Positions 19,492 to 28,220 of a stretch of DNA of 64,000 nt are shown here, one piece after another. Source of the DNA: Nitrospirota bacterium (GTDB taxonomy: Bacteria > Nitrospirota > Thermodesulfovibrionia > Thermodesulfovibrionales > Dissulfurispiraceae); NCBI GenBank assembly GCA_040758355.1, contig JBFLWF010000002.1, positions 32,001 to 96,000 of the forward strand. Direction: 5' to 3'. Position 1 is the stretch's first letter; each line of letters starts with the position of its first letter. The translations under genes and the position numbers were made by a program. The notes under the pieces are model-generated. The model did not search any database. It was not told where the DNA came from and worked only from the letters and a program-made list of their open reading frames with translations.

Positions 19492-20668
19492 GTATGGTCA
19501 TATCCTTGCTGATGGTTGGCAATGGAAGAAACTTTCAAAAATTGCACAGATTAACCCTCCCCCGCAAAAGGCAGAAGATGAAAGCGAAGTCACATTTTTG
19601 GGTATGGCGGATGTGTCAGAAGCAGGGAAGATCATTAACGCGCAGATACGGAAATTTAGAGAGGTCTCGTTAGGATTTACTTCGTTTAAAGGAAATGACG
19701 TTCTCATTGCGAAAATTACTCCATGTTTTGAAAATGGAAAAGGTTGTCTTGCTGAAGGCCTAAAAAACAATGTAGGGTTTGGAAGTACAGAATTTCATGT
19801 ATTGCGTCCAACACCTGAAGTATTGCCGCGATATCTTCATTTATTAACAGTAACTCATCATTTTCGTGGTATTGGTGAAATTTATATGACAGGTAGTGCA
19901 GGGCAAAAAAGAGTACCCGCAGATTTTTTGAGAGATTATATTATCCCATTGCCCCCAATTGCCGAACAAGAAAGAATAATAGACATAATTTTAAGCTGGA
20001 GCCACGCCATCGAAAAAACAGAAAAGCTGATTGAGGCGAAAAGATCATGGCATGTTGCTCTTGCAAATAAGCTGCTCAGCAGAAAATCCAGTGCAGTCCC
20101 GCTAAAGAAAATTCTTAAATTGACCCTGCGAGATGTTGCAAAACCAGACAAGCCATATTGGGCTTTGGGAATCAGGAGTCACGGCAAAGGCACATTCCGG
20201 CGTTTTATAGAAAATCCGGCGTCCGTTGCAATGGACACTCTTTATCGTGTAAGGCATGATGACCTTATCGTAAATATCACATTTGCTTGGGAAGGCGCTA
20301 TAGCATTCGTTGACAAGGCAGATGAAGATTGTTTGGTTTCGCACAGATTTCCGACATTTGAGATTGATATTAATAAAGCTTTGCCTGCTTATCTGCGGCA
20401 TGTAATAGTTCAAAAAAGATTTGTCCGAAATCTCGCTTTAATATCACCCGGTGGCGCAGGGAGAAACCGCGTGTTGAACAAAACTGATTTTCTTAACTTG
20501 AAAATAGCTCTGCCTGAAATTAAGGAACAGGAGAAAATCGGCGATGTCTTAAACACATCGCTTCGGGAGATATCTCTCCTCGAAGCAAAACTCGAATTGC
20601 TGAAAAAGCAAAAGCGCGGCTTGATGCAGAAACTGTTGACCGGCGAGTGGCGGGTGAAGGTAGAGTGA
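19484..20668 (+). CDS. hsdS: Type I R-M specificity subunit
   Basis: Two TRDs (KITPCFENGK/GSTEFHV; second TRD), PLPPIAEQ and LPEIKEQ, KRGLMQKLLTG. Confidence 0.92.
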   Translation: MLKYGHILADGWQWKKLSKIAQINPPPQKAEDESEVTFLGMADVSEAGKIINAQIRKFREVSLGFTSFKGNDVLIAKITPCFENGKGCLAEGLKNNVGFGSTEFHVLRPTPEVLPRYLHLLTVTHHFRGIGEIYMTGSAGQKRVPADFLRDYIIPLPPIAEQERIIDIILSWSHAIEKTEKLIEAKRSWHVALANKLLSRKSSAVPLKKILKLTLRDVAKPDKPYWALGIRSHGKGTFRRFIENPASVAMDTLYRVRHDDLIVNITFAWEGAIAFVDKADEDCLVSHRFPTFEIDINKALPAYLRHVIVQKRFVRNLALISPGGAGRNRVLNKTDFLNLKIALPEIKEQEKIGDVLNTSLREISLLEAKLELLKKQKRGLMQKLLTGEWRVKVE

Positions 20669-20740
20669 GGAAAAAACCAATGGACAGCGTGGACTGAATG
20701 GACAACGGAATGGACAAACAACTAAAGAAAGGATTTTGAA

Positions 20741-21343
20741 ATGCTTGAAAATGAAGGTCTGATTCCAAAGCATGGCGGCTACCGCAAGCTGAAGAGCTAT
20801 CAGATTGCTCAGCTTGTTTATGATGTGACAGTGCGGTTTTGCAACAACTACATAGACCGCAAATCGCGCACGCACGACCAGATGGTTCAGGCAGCGCGAA
20901 GCGGGGTTCAAAACATTGCCGAAGGCAGTCAGGCATCCGGCACATCGAAAAAGACCGAACTGAAACTTACTAATGTTGCACGCGCCAGTCTTGAAGAACT
21001 GCGTCTTGATTATGAAGATTATTTGCGGCAGCGGCGCCTGCCGCTCTGGAATCGTGAAGACCCTCGCCGTGCGGAGCTAATTGAGCGGAGGTTCACGACT
21101 GCTGATGCGGTTGAGGAATGGGTGAAAGAAAAGGCAGAGAAGTCCACAATGTCCACTTCGTCCACGCAGTCCACAAGTTCTTCTCTCTCTGAAATCGCGG
21201 CTAATGCTGCGCTGGTGTTGATTACGGTTGCCTGCAGTTTATTGGATCGCCAATTGGCTGCGCAGGCTGCTGCATTTGAAAAAGAAGGCGGCTTTACAGA
21301 AAGATTGTATCGCACGCGCAGCCAGACAAGGAAACGCACATGA
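20741..21343 (+). CDS. Four-helix-bundle protein (23S rRNA IVS/Avd-like) with C-terminal suffix domain
   Basis: GGYRKLKSYQ, DQMVQAARSGVQNIAEG, ARASLEELRLDY, EGGFTERLY. Confidence 0.85.
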   Translation: MLENEGLIPKHGGYRKLKSYQIAQLVYDVTVRFCNNYIDRKSRTHDQMVQAARSGVQNIAEGSQASGTSKKTELKLTNVARASLEELRLDYEDYLRQRRLPLWNREDPRRAELIERRFTTADAVEEWVKEKAEKSTMSTSSTQSTSSSLSEIAANAALVLITVACSLLDRQLAAQAAAFEKEGGFTERLYRTRSQTRKRT

Positions 21344-24300
21344 AAAGCTTCAGGTTCAATGAAAAATATTTATCACAAATCCCTGCATTGCAGCAGCTCA
21401 TAAATCTTGGGTTCAACTACCTTACACCTGAGCAGGCACTAACAGAGCGTCAGGGCAGATTTGGAAATGTTTTGCTTGAGGGAATACTGCGGAAGCAACT
21501 TAAGTCCATTAACCGCATTCAGCACAGAGGGCAGGAATATCTTTTCAGCGAAGAGAATATCCAGTCTGCAATCCAGAAACTTAAGAATGTTAAATGGGAT
21601 GGGCTGCAAAAGACTAATGAGGCTGTTTATGACATGCTCACTCTGGGGACATCGCTGGAGCAGACCATTGAAGGGGATACAAGGAGCTATACACTGAGAT
21701 ATATTGACTGGGGTGATTGGAAGAACAACATTTATCATGTTACTGCGGAATTCAGTGTCGAGCGAACCAGAAGCGATGAGACTACCCGGCCCGATATTGT
21801 ACTTTTCGTAAACGGCATTCCCTTTGCAGTGATAGAATGCAAGTCGCCGAAGGAGGACATAAATAAGGCAGTCGAACAGACTATCCGCAACCAGCAGGAT
21901 GAATTTATCCCCAGACTCTATTCATACTCGCAGCTTGTCATAGGAATAAACAAAAACGCTGCCGTTTATGCTACTGCAGGTACTGCGAGGAGGTTCTGGA
22001 GCAGTTGGCAGGAACTTCGGTACAAAGATAAAGATGTCGAGGTAAGCGTTAAAAGACATCTTAAGCCTGAGATAAAGGATGAACTTTTTTCAGGTGACTT
22101 CGGTCATGCGCGAAAATTCTTTGATGATATGGAAAAAGAAGGCGGCCGTGAAATTACAGAGCAGGACAGAGCTGTCTTCAGCCTCTGCAAGCCGGAGCGA
22201 TTGTTGGAGCTTGCCCATAAATTCACTATCTTTGACGGTGGCATCAAAAAGATAGCCCGCTATCAACAATACTTCGTTGTCAAATCAACGATTGACAGGG
22301 TGAAGCAGTTCGATTCGGAAGGACGGCGCAAGGGCGGAATAATCTGGCATACACAGGGATCTGGAAAATCTCTCACAATGATATGGCTTGCGAGAAACCT
22401 TGCCCTTGACCCTGACATCTCGAATCCACGGATTGTTCTTGTAACAGACCGCGTTGATCTTGACAGGCAGCTCAGCAATACCTTTGCCGCCTGTGGACTT
22501 GATAAGCACCGGGCAAAAACAGGACGGGACCTTCTTGACCTTGTTTCTGAGAAAAAGGCTGCTATTGTAACAACCTTGGTTCACAAGTTTGACAAGGCTC
22601 TTAATGTCAAAAAATATCAGGATGAATCCATAGATATCTTTATGCTTGTTGACGAGGCTCACCGGACTCAATTTAAAAACCTTCACGCGCGTATGCGCCA
22701 GATGTTTCCAAGAGCCTGTTATCTGGGGTTTACCGGAACTCCGCTTATGAAGAAGGAGAAAAACAACTTCATTAAGTTCGGCGGTTTGATTGAACCTCAC
22801 TATTCGATAAAACAGGCTGTAAAGGATAAACAGGTTGTGCCGCTTCTGTATGAAGGACGCTATGTGGAAATGGAGCAGGACAAGGCAGCAATAGACCTGT
22901 GGTTTGAAAGGCATACTCAGGGGCTTACGCCTGAACAAAGGGCTGACTTGAAAAAGAAATATGCACGTGCAGAGATGTTGAACAAGGCGGATAAGGTTAT
23001 CTATATGAGAGCCTTTGATATCAGCGAACACTACAGACAGAACTGGCAGAATACGCCGTTTAAGGCGCAACTCGTAGCTCCAAGTAAACTGGCTGCACTT
23101 AAGTATCATGAATTTTTGAACGAGTTTGGTCATGTGACCTCTGAGGTAATTATCTCTCCTCCTGATCAGCGCGAGGGTTATGAAGAGGTTGAGGAAGGAC
23201 CAGTTGATGAGGTTGTGAAATTCTGGCAGAAGATGATGAAGCGATACGGTTCAGAGGAAGAATACAATAAACAGATTACGAGTCAGTTTTTGTATGCAGA
23301 AGAACCTGAAATCCTGATTGTGGTGGATAAACTACTGACGGGTTTCGACGCACCGAGAAACACAGTCATGTATCTTTGCCGCACTTTGCGAGAGCATACG
23401 CTGCTTCAGGCCATTGCCCGCGTGAACAGACTATATGAAGATGAAGCGCATAATCCAAAGGAGTACGGTTATATAGTTGATCATGCCAGCATTTTAGGCG
23501 AGTTGGATAAGGCCTTGACGATGTATGCCGATGCAGGGCTCGAAGATTTTGATGAGGAGGATTTGGAAGGCACGCTCACTTCGATTCATCGGGAAGTGGC
23601 CAAATTGCCGCAGGCTTATTCCGACCTCTGGGATATTTTTAAGGAAGTCAGAAACCGTTATGATGAGGAGGTATACGAGTTACTGCTTGGCGACGAAGCT
23701 CTGCGGGAGGAGTTCTATCAGCGACTGGCAGAGTACAGTAAGATTCTTGCAATGGCTCTTTCAACTGAGCAGTTTATAATAAATACCCCCGACGAAAAGC
23801 TGATGCAATATAAGAATGCGCTTAAGCGATTCCATAACCTGAAGGCGTCTGTTAAGCTTCGTTATGCAGAGACCATTGACTACCGTGATTATGAACCGAA
23901 GATCAAGAAGCTGCTTGATACCCATATTCAGGCGAATCAGGTTATCCAGCTCAATGAGCCGGTGAATATTTTTGACGATAAGATGTTCTGGCAGGTGAAA
24001 GAGGAGCAGGGCGTCTATGTCACAAAAACAACGGCATCAAGAGCGGATGCCATCGCACATGCCGTAAAGAAAGTAATAACTGAAAAGATGGAGGAGGACC
24101 CTGCCTTTTATGAAAAATTCTCAAAACTGATTCAGCAAGCAATTGACGCATACAGGGCTAAGCGAATCTCCGACATAGAATACTTAAAGAGGGTCACTGA
24201 AATTCGCGACAAGGTGGTAACCCGCGAGCATGATGATATTCCTGCGAAGCTGAATAAGAACGAGGATGCTCAGGCATTTTACGGCGTTCTGAAACCGATC

Positions 24301-24561
24301 TTTGATGGGCAACAGTTTGATGCACAGACATGTGAAGATGTGTCAGCGGATGCCGCCTTAGCTATTCAGAATATTCTGAAATGTAACTGGAAGGTTCATT
24401 TTTGGAATGATGCAGACGCTCAGAAGAAGGCTATTAATGATATTGACGATTTCCTTTATGACGAGATAAAGGGCAGGCGGGGTATTCCGCTTTCTACCGA
24501 GCAGATGGACGAGATTATTGAGCGGGTAATGCATCTTGCTCAACGCAGGATGTCATTATGA
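21340..24561 (+). CDS. hsdR: Type I restriction endonuclease subunit R
   Basis: PDIVLFVNGIP..IECK nuclease motif, HTQGSGKS, DEAHR, FTGTP, LTGFD, QAIARVNR. Confidence 0.95.
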   Translation: MKSFRFNEKYLSQIPALQQLINLGFNYLTPEQALTERQGRFGNVLLEGILRKQLKSINRIQHRGQEYLFSEENIQSAIQKLKNVKWDGLQKTNEAVYDMLTLGTSLEQTIEGDTRSYTLRYIDWGDWKNNIYHVTAEFSVERTRSDETTRPDIVLFVNGIPFAVIECKSPKEDINKAVEQTIRNQQDEFIPRLYSYSQLVIGINKNAAVYATAGTARRFWSSWQELRYKDKDVEVSVKRHLKPEIKDELFSGDFGHARKFFDDMEKEGGREITEQDRAVFSLCKPERLLELAHKFTIFDGGIKKIARYQQYFVVKSTIDRVKQFDSEGRRKGGIIWHTQGSGKSLTMIWLARNLALDPDISNPRIVLVTDRVDLDRQLSNTFAACGLDKHRAKTGRDLLDLVSEKKAAIVTTLVHKFDKALNVKKYQDESIDIFMLVDEAHRTQFKNLHARMRQMFPRACYLGFTGTPLMKKEKNNFIKFGGLIEPHYSIKQAVKDKQVVPLLYEGRYVEMEQDKAAIDLWFERHTQGLTPEQRADLKKKYARAEMLNKADKVIYMRAFDISEHYRQNWQNTPFKAQLVAPSKLAALKYHEFLNEFGHVTSEVIISPPDQREGYEEVEEGPVDEVVKFWQKMMKRYGSEEEYNKQITSQFLYAEEPEILIVVDKLLTGFDAPRNTVMYLCRTLREHTLLQAIARVNRLYEDEAHNPKEYGYIVDHASILGELDKALTMYADAGLEDFDEEDLEGTLTSIHREVAKLPQAYSDLWDIFKEVRNRYDEEVYELLLGDEALREEFYQRLAEYSKILAMALSTEQFIINTPDEKLMQYKNALKRFHNLKASVKLRYAETIDYRDYEPKIKKLLDTHIQANQVIQLNEPVNIFDDKMFWQVKEEQGVYVTKTTASRADAIAHAVKKVITEKMEEDPAFYEKFSKLIQQAIDAYRAKRISDIEYLKRVTEIRDKVVTREHDDIPAKLNKNEDAQAFYGVLKPIFDGQQFDAQTCEDVSADAALAIQNILKCNWKVHFWNDADAQKKAINDIDDFLYDEIKGRRGIPLSTEQMDEIIERVMHLAQRRMSL

Positions 24562-25271
24562 GAAGTTACAGAAGCAGTATTAAATATGGAAAAGAGAAAA
24601 TAACCTTTGATGTTTCACACGCAGACCGGAAAACCATGGAGATAGGCGTGCATCCGGACATTCGGGTGATAGTAAAAGCGCCGGAGGGTGTAGCGCCGGA
24701 AGTTGTTAAGAAACGTGTCGCAAGGCGGGCCAGATGGATAAAGAAGCAAATAGACTATTTTAGAAAGTTTGAGCCGCGCACTCCTGATAGATGTTATGTC
24801 GGGGGCGAAACACACCTGTTCCTCGGTCGGCAATATAGATTGAAGATAAGAAAGCATAACAGTTGTGAAGTGAAGCTTAAGGGTGGATATTTTTATGTAA
24901 CGACTTCCGCTCCTAATAATACTCAGAAGATCAGGGATATGCTCTTTGATTGGTATAAGTCTCGCGCTATTGTTATATTCTCCAGACGTCTTGAAGTTTG
25001 TTATGAAGCGGCTAAAAAATTGGATATCGGGTTTCCAAAACTGCGCGTTAAAAAGATGTCTAAAAGGTGGGGTAGTTGCGGTAAATCTGGTGATATTATT
25101 TTGAATACCGAACTTGTTAAAGCGCCTATATATTGTATTGATTACGTAATCATGCATGAGCTTTGTCATCTGAGAGTGCACACGCATAATAATGAATACT
25201 ATCGGCTTTTGTCGAAATATATGCCTGATTGGGAGAAGAGGAAAGATAGACTGGAGAAGGTTTTTTTATGA
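24558..25271 (+). CDS. YgjP/DUF45-like (M48/SprT-type) zinc metallohydrolase
   Basis: RWGSC and YVIMHELCH (HExxH); typical hsdR neighbour. Confidence 0.88.
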   Translation: MRSYRSSIKYGKEKITFDVSHADRKTMEIGVHPDIRVIVKAPEGVAPEVVKKRVARRARWIKKQIDYFRKFEPRTPDRCYVGGETHLFLGRQYRLKIRKHNSCEVKLKGGYFYVTTSAPNNTQKIRDMLFDWYKSRAIVIFSRRLEVCYEAAKKLDIGFPKLRVKKMSKRWGSCGKSGDIILNTELVKAPIYCIDYVIMHELCHLRVHTHNNEYYRLLSKYMPDWEKRKDRLEKVFL

Positions 25272-25310
25272 AACAGCGTGATTATTATATGTGTGGGAGG
25301 TGTAAATAGT

Positions 25311-25868
25311 ATGGGGATGTTTGACACTATCTATTTTGATAAACCATATCTTTGTCCGAAGTGCAGGGCAAAGATAGCCTCTACCCAGACAAAGGCCTTT
25401 GAGCAGGCATTGATTAATTTTCATGTGAAGGACTGTGCAGCCCATGCAGAGGAAATAAGAATCATTAAAGAAGAACTATTTTGTAATAAGTGTTCAAGAT
25501 TTACTGGGCAACATGTTTACATTGCCATATTCAGAGGCATTCTTGCGGGCGTGGCTGATTCATTGCAAGAAGCTAAGGACATGGTTGATGACATGAATTT
25601 TGAGAAATTGATTCTGTGGTATCACGATTTATATAAGGAATACGACAGGACAGTTAGAGAAAAAGAGGGTGTCATTAGGTTTCTGGGAAGTGTGGTCGAA
25701 TGGTTCGAACAAGGCCGCCATAAAAAGAAAAAGGATAAGGCGGGAGGTATCGGCGATATCCTTTTCCTTTTTGATAGGGAATACCTGAAGGGAGCGAAAG
25801 ACCCTCTTGAGGCGATAAAGAGATTTCTGGCAGCGAAACAAAAAGAGAAAAAGAACGGGACATATTAG
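25311..25868 (+). CDS. Hypothetical zinc-ribbon protein
   Basis: MGMFD start with SD GGGAGG; CPKC...QTK...CNKC. Confidence 0.65.
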   Translation: MGMFDTIYFDKPYLCPKCRAKIASTQTKAFEQALINFHVKDCAAHAEEIRIIKEELFCNKCSRFTGQHVYIAIFRGILAGVADSLQEAKDMVDDMNFEKLILWYHDLYKEYDRTVREKEGVIRFLGSVVEWFEQGRHKKKKDKAGGIGDILFLFDREYLKGAKDPLEAIKRFLAAKQKEKKNGTY

Positions 25869-25869
25869 A

Positions 25870-26460
25870 ATGACCAAAACTGAAACCGAGAAAGTATTTT
25901 TCAAGGATATAATTCGCTACTGCACCTTTAAAAAAGTAAAAGATGCCTTGCTGGAACTTTATCCCGACCAAAAGAAAGTAGTAAAAGGATACAAATATGT
26001 TTTTGAAACCTTAAAGCTTATGAGACTCAGATACAGTAAAGACGGGATGGTTATTGATATACGAAGAGTCGGCAGAGGCAGGAATGCATATTTCTCTGTC
26101 AGCGGTGTTTGTAGTCAGGATGGAGTGAAACAGTCGTATGCCATTGAATATATGCCCTGGTCGAAGTGGCTCGGATGTGAAGTGGATAGAAAAGTTTTAA
26201 GGAAAATGACGAGGGAAGAAATAGCAGCTCATTGCCTATGGGAGATGACCTTTGCCGGCTTTACTCAGGACAGGATCAGGCGTGAGATAAATAAATTGAG
26301 AAAGCGGGTAGAGGATCTTAAAGCAGGCAGGGTGAAGACTATTCCCCACGAAGAAGTAATGAAAATGCTTAAAGATAAATTAGGTAATATCAACAACCGA
26401 CAGCTCATGGCTCTGATGGAGGATAGGCAAATCTTTGCCTATCCCCAGTTTATTTATTAG
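25870..26460 (+). CDS. Hypothetical protein (resembles DUF6557-type proteins from memory; unverified)
   Basis: YAIEYMPWSKWLG...EIAAHCLWEMTFAGF; starts 1 nt after the preceding stop. Confidence 0.6.
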   Translation: MTKTETEKVFFKDIIRYCTFKKVKDALLELYPDQKKVVKGYKYVFETLKLMRLRYSKDGMVIDIRRVGRGRNAYFSVSGVCSQDGVKQSYAIEYMPWSKWLGCEVDRKVLRKMTREEIAAHCLWEMTFAGFTQDRIRREINKLRKRVEDLKAGRVKTIPHEEVMKMLKDKLGNINNRQLMALMEDRQIFAYPQFIY

Positions 26461-26471
26461 TTGAAACCGAT

Positions 26472-26519
26472 GGGCTTAGGTCTGTTCCTTGACATTTCAC
26501 TATTTATTAGAAACTCGGC
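26472..26519. repeat. ~50-bp direct repeat, copy 1
   Basis: GGGCTTAGGTCTGTTCCTTGACATTTCACTATTTATTAGAAACTCGGC. Confidence 0.65.
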
Positions 26520-26615
26520 AACATTTGTACACCAGCATTTTCAAGTCAACAAATAAATAAAGTTATTGCGGGAAACCTGACTTAGCTGATCATTGCAGGG
26601 TAAAAGTCTTTCCCA

Positions 26616-26890
26616 TTACGCCCTCAGAATCCGCTGTTGTAAAAGCTCTTCGCAGTTGCGCCGGACGTCAAGCACGGCGTGGATGAAAACGGTTTTGCCA
26701 CTGACTTCATATATGATGCGATAGGGTTTGAAAAATATTTCCCTGAAATCGAGTATTCCCAACCGCTGCATCTCAGGCGGGTGATTGCCTCGGGCAGGCA
26801 TTGTTTCAAGGGAAGTCATTGCCTTTTGTATGTTGTCAAGCAGATGCTCTGCCTTCCGCGGAGAGTCGTTATTCGCTACATACCTGTAGA
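26616..26890 (-). pseudogene. 5'-truncated near-identical duplicate of the RelE/ParE toxin at 27452-27778
   Basis: Same sequence from IYRYVANND to RILRA; first ~17 codons and the antitoxin are missing. Confidence 0.8.
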
Positions 26891-26905
26891 TTGTCAACAA
26901 TGACT

Positions 26906-26954
26906 GGGGTCAGGTCTTGCTTCTTGCCATTTCATCATTTATTAAAAACTCGGC
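26906..26954. repeat. ~50-bp direct repeat, copy 2
   Basis: GGGGTCAGGTCTTGCTTCTTGCCATTTCATCATTTATTAAAAACTCGGC. Confidence 0.65.
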
Positions 26955-27020
26955 TTGGCAGAGTCTTGCTGAAGCACTCAAACAGTGCAATAGAGCAGAA
27001 GCGCGGAAGGGGAATTTAAA

Positions 27021-27236
27021 TTACTGAGCGTGTAATGCGAGGTCTTCGAGTGTAACTTTCTTGAACACGTCCTTTGTCCCAAAACGCTTCACTGCATCTA
27101 ATATCTCAATGCCTGCTATTTTACCTTCGGCATCGTAATCCACTGCGATCCCTTCAGCAACATGCTTGGTTGTTACTGTTGTCTCTATGAAACGGATGTA
27201 CAGAGCATCAACCTCAGAGTCATATGTTATTCTCAC
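27021..27236 (-). CDS. DUF2283-family putative antitoxin
   Basis: YDSEVDALYI...VDYDAEGKIAGIEILDA. Confidence 0.85.
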   Translation of the reverse strand: MRITYDSEVDALYIRFIETTVTTKHVAEGIAVDYDAEGKIAGIEILDAVKRFGTKDVFKKVTLEDLALHAQ

Positions 27237-27251
27237 CCTTATCCCTCCTTC

Positions 27252-27305
27252 TCAAATGAAAATAAGTTGTTCTTTTGCATGTCCTGATAACCTTATTGGT
27301 TTCAT
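27252..27305 (-). pseudogene. Remnant of a DUF4258-like partner toxin (MKPIRLSGHAKEQLIFI*)
   Basis: Family-typical N-terminus (xIRLSxHAKE) directly upstream of DUF2283; only 17 codons long. Confidence 0.55.
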
Positions 27306-27388
27306 TGTAAGCACATTTTATACTAAACGCGTCAATTTTTCAGCACTAATCTTTGCCTTCTTCAATCTCATCACAGTGTTTGGTGTTT

Positions 27389-27439
27389 GGGATCAGCTTT
27401 TGATTTTATATTTACATAATTTTTTAGAAACCCAGCTTG
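27389..27439. repeat. ~50-bp direct repeat, copy 3 (degenerate)
   Basis: GGGATCAGCTTTTGATTTTATATTTACATAATTTTTTAGAAACCCAGCTTG. Confidence 0.5.
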
Positions 27440-27451
27440 TCGATACTTGAA

Positions 27452-27778
27452 TTACGCCCTCAGAATCCGCTGTTGTAAGAGGTCTTCGCAGTTGCGCCGG
27501 CCGTCAAGCACGGCGTGGATGAAAACGGTTTTGCCCTTGATTTCATATATGATATGATAGGGTTTGAAGAATATTTCTCTGAAATCGAGTATTCCCAATC
27601 GCTGCATCTCAGGCGGGTGATTGCTCCGTGCAGGCATTGTTTCAAGGGAAGTCATTGCCTTTTGTATGTTGTCAATCAGATGCTCTGCCTTCCGCGGAGA
27701 GTCGTTATTCGCTACATACCTGTAGATTGCGTAAAGGTCGCCTGACGCTACATTATCTATGCGGACTTCGTATTTCAT
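27452..27778 (-). CDS. RelE/ParE-family toxin
   Basis: A.GDLYAIYRY, LETMPAR, PYHIIYE, VLDGRR. Confidence 0.88.
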   Translation of the reverse strand: MKYEVRIDNVASGDLYAIYRYVANNDSPRKAEHLIDNIQKAMTSLETMPARSNHPPEMQRLGILDFREIFFKPYHIIYEIKGKTVFIHAVLDGRRNCEDLLQQRILRA

Positions 27779-28059
27779 GCCTTCCCGGCAGAGCGTATTT
27801 TCTTTTTCAATTCTCCGAATGCCTGATGAAGGGGTTTATGCCTGCCTTCAAGCATATCTTTTCTTCCCATTGCCAGGATCTTCAGCATAGCCATGCTTTC
27901 GCGGTCTTTTTCATATTCCTTTATGTCCTGAATTATTGCCCGCGCCTCTCCGTTTACGGTTACGACAACTGGATTGCCGGTTTCGGATATTTCTCCGATT
28001 ATTTCCGACGCGTGAGATTTAATATGGCTTATGGGTTTGACGGCTGCGCTCAGTTTCAT
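27775..28059 (-). CDS. Phd/YefM-family antitoxin
   Basis: KPISHIKSHASEII...PVVVTVNGEARAII; 4-bp overlap with the toxin. Confidence 0.88.
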   Translation of the reverse strand: MKLSAAVKPISHIKSHASEIIGEISETGNPVVVTVNGEARAIIQDIKEYEKDRESMAMLKILAMGRKDMLEGRHKPLHQAFGELKKKIRSAGKA

Positions 28060-28220
28060 CTCTTCCTCCTTAAATGACTAAAATTAAGTCTTTATTCAGT
28101 CTATCAAATTTTAATGAGAAATTAAAGCATTTTTTGAGCGCAGGGACCTGTCCGAGGCTCACTGAAGCATGCCTGCCTTACATAAATCTCTCAATTTAAG
28201 TTAGAATAGCACCAATCTAT

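Noticed and set aside
20741..21343. Diversity-generating retroelement (Avd-like gene)
   Set aside because: No reverse transcriptase and no TR/VR pair with adenine-specific mismatches in the window.
18295..23133. Long antisense ORFs within hsdM and hsdR (246 and 282 aa) and similar shadows elsewhere
   Set aside because: Fully antisense to well-supported genes and without recognisable motifs.
26472..27439. Integron attC sites
   Set aside because: The repeats lack RYYYAAC/GTTRRRY ends and internal dyad symmetry; no integrase present.
26616..27778. ParE duplicate as a DGR TR/VR pair or assembly artefact
   Set aside because: Differences are scattered and involve several base types, consistent with an ordinary diverged duplication.
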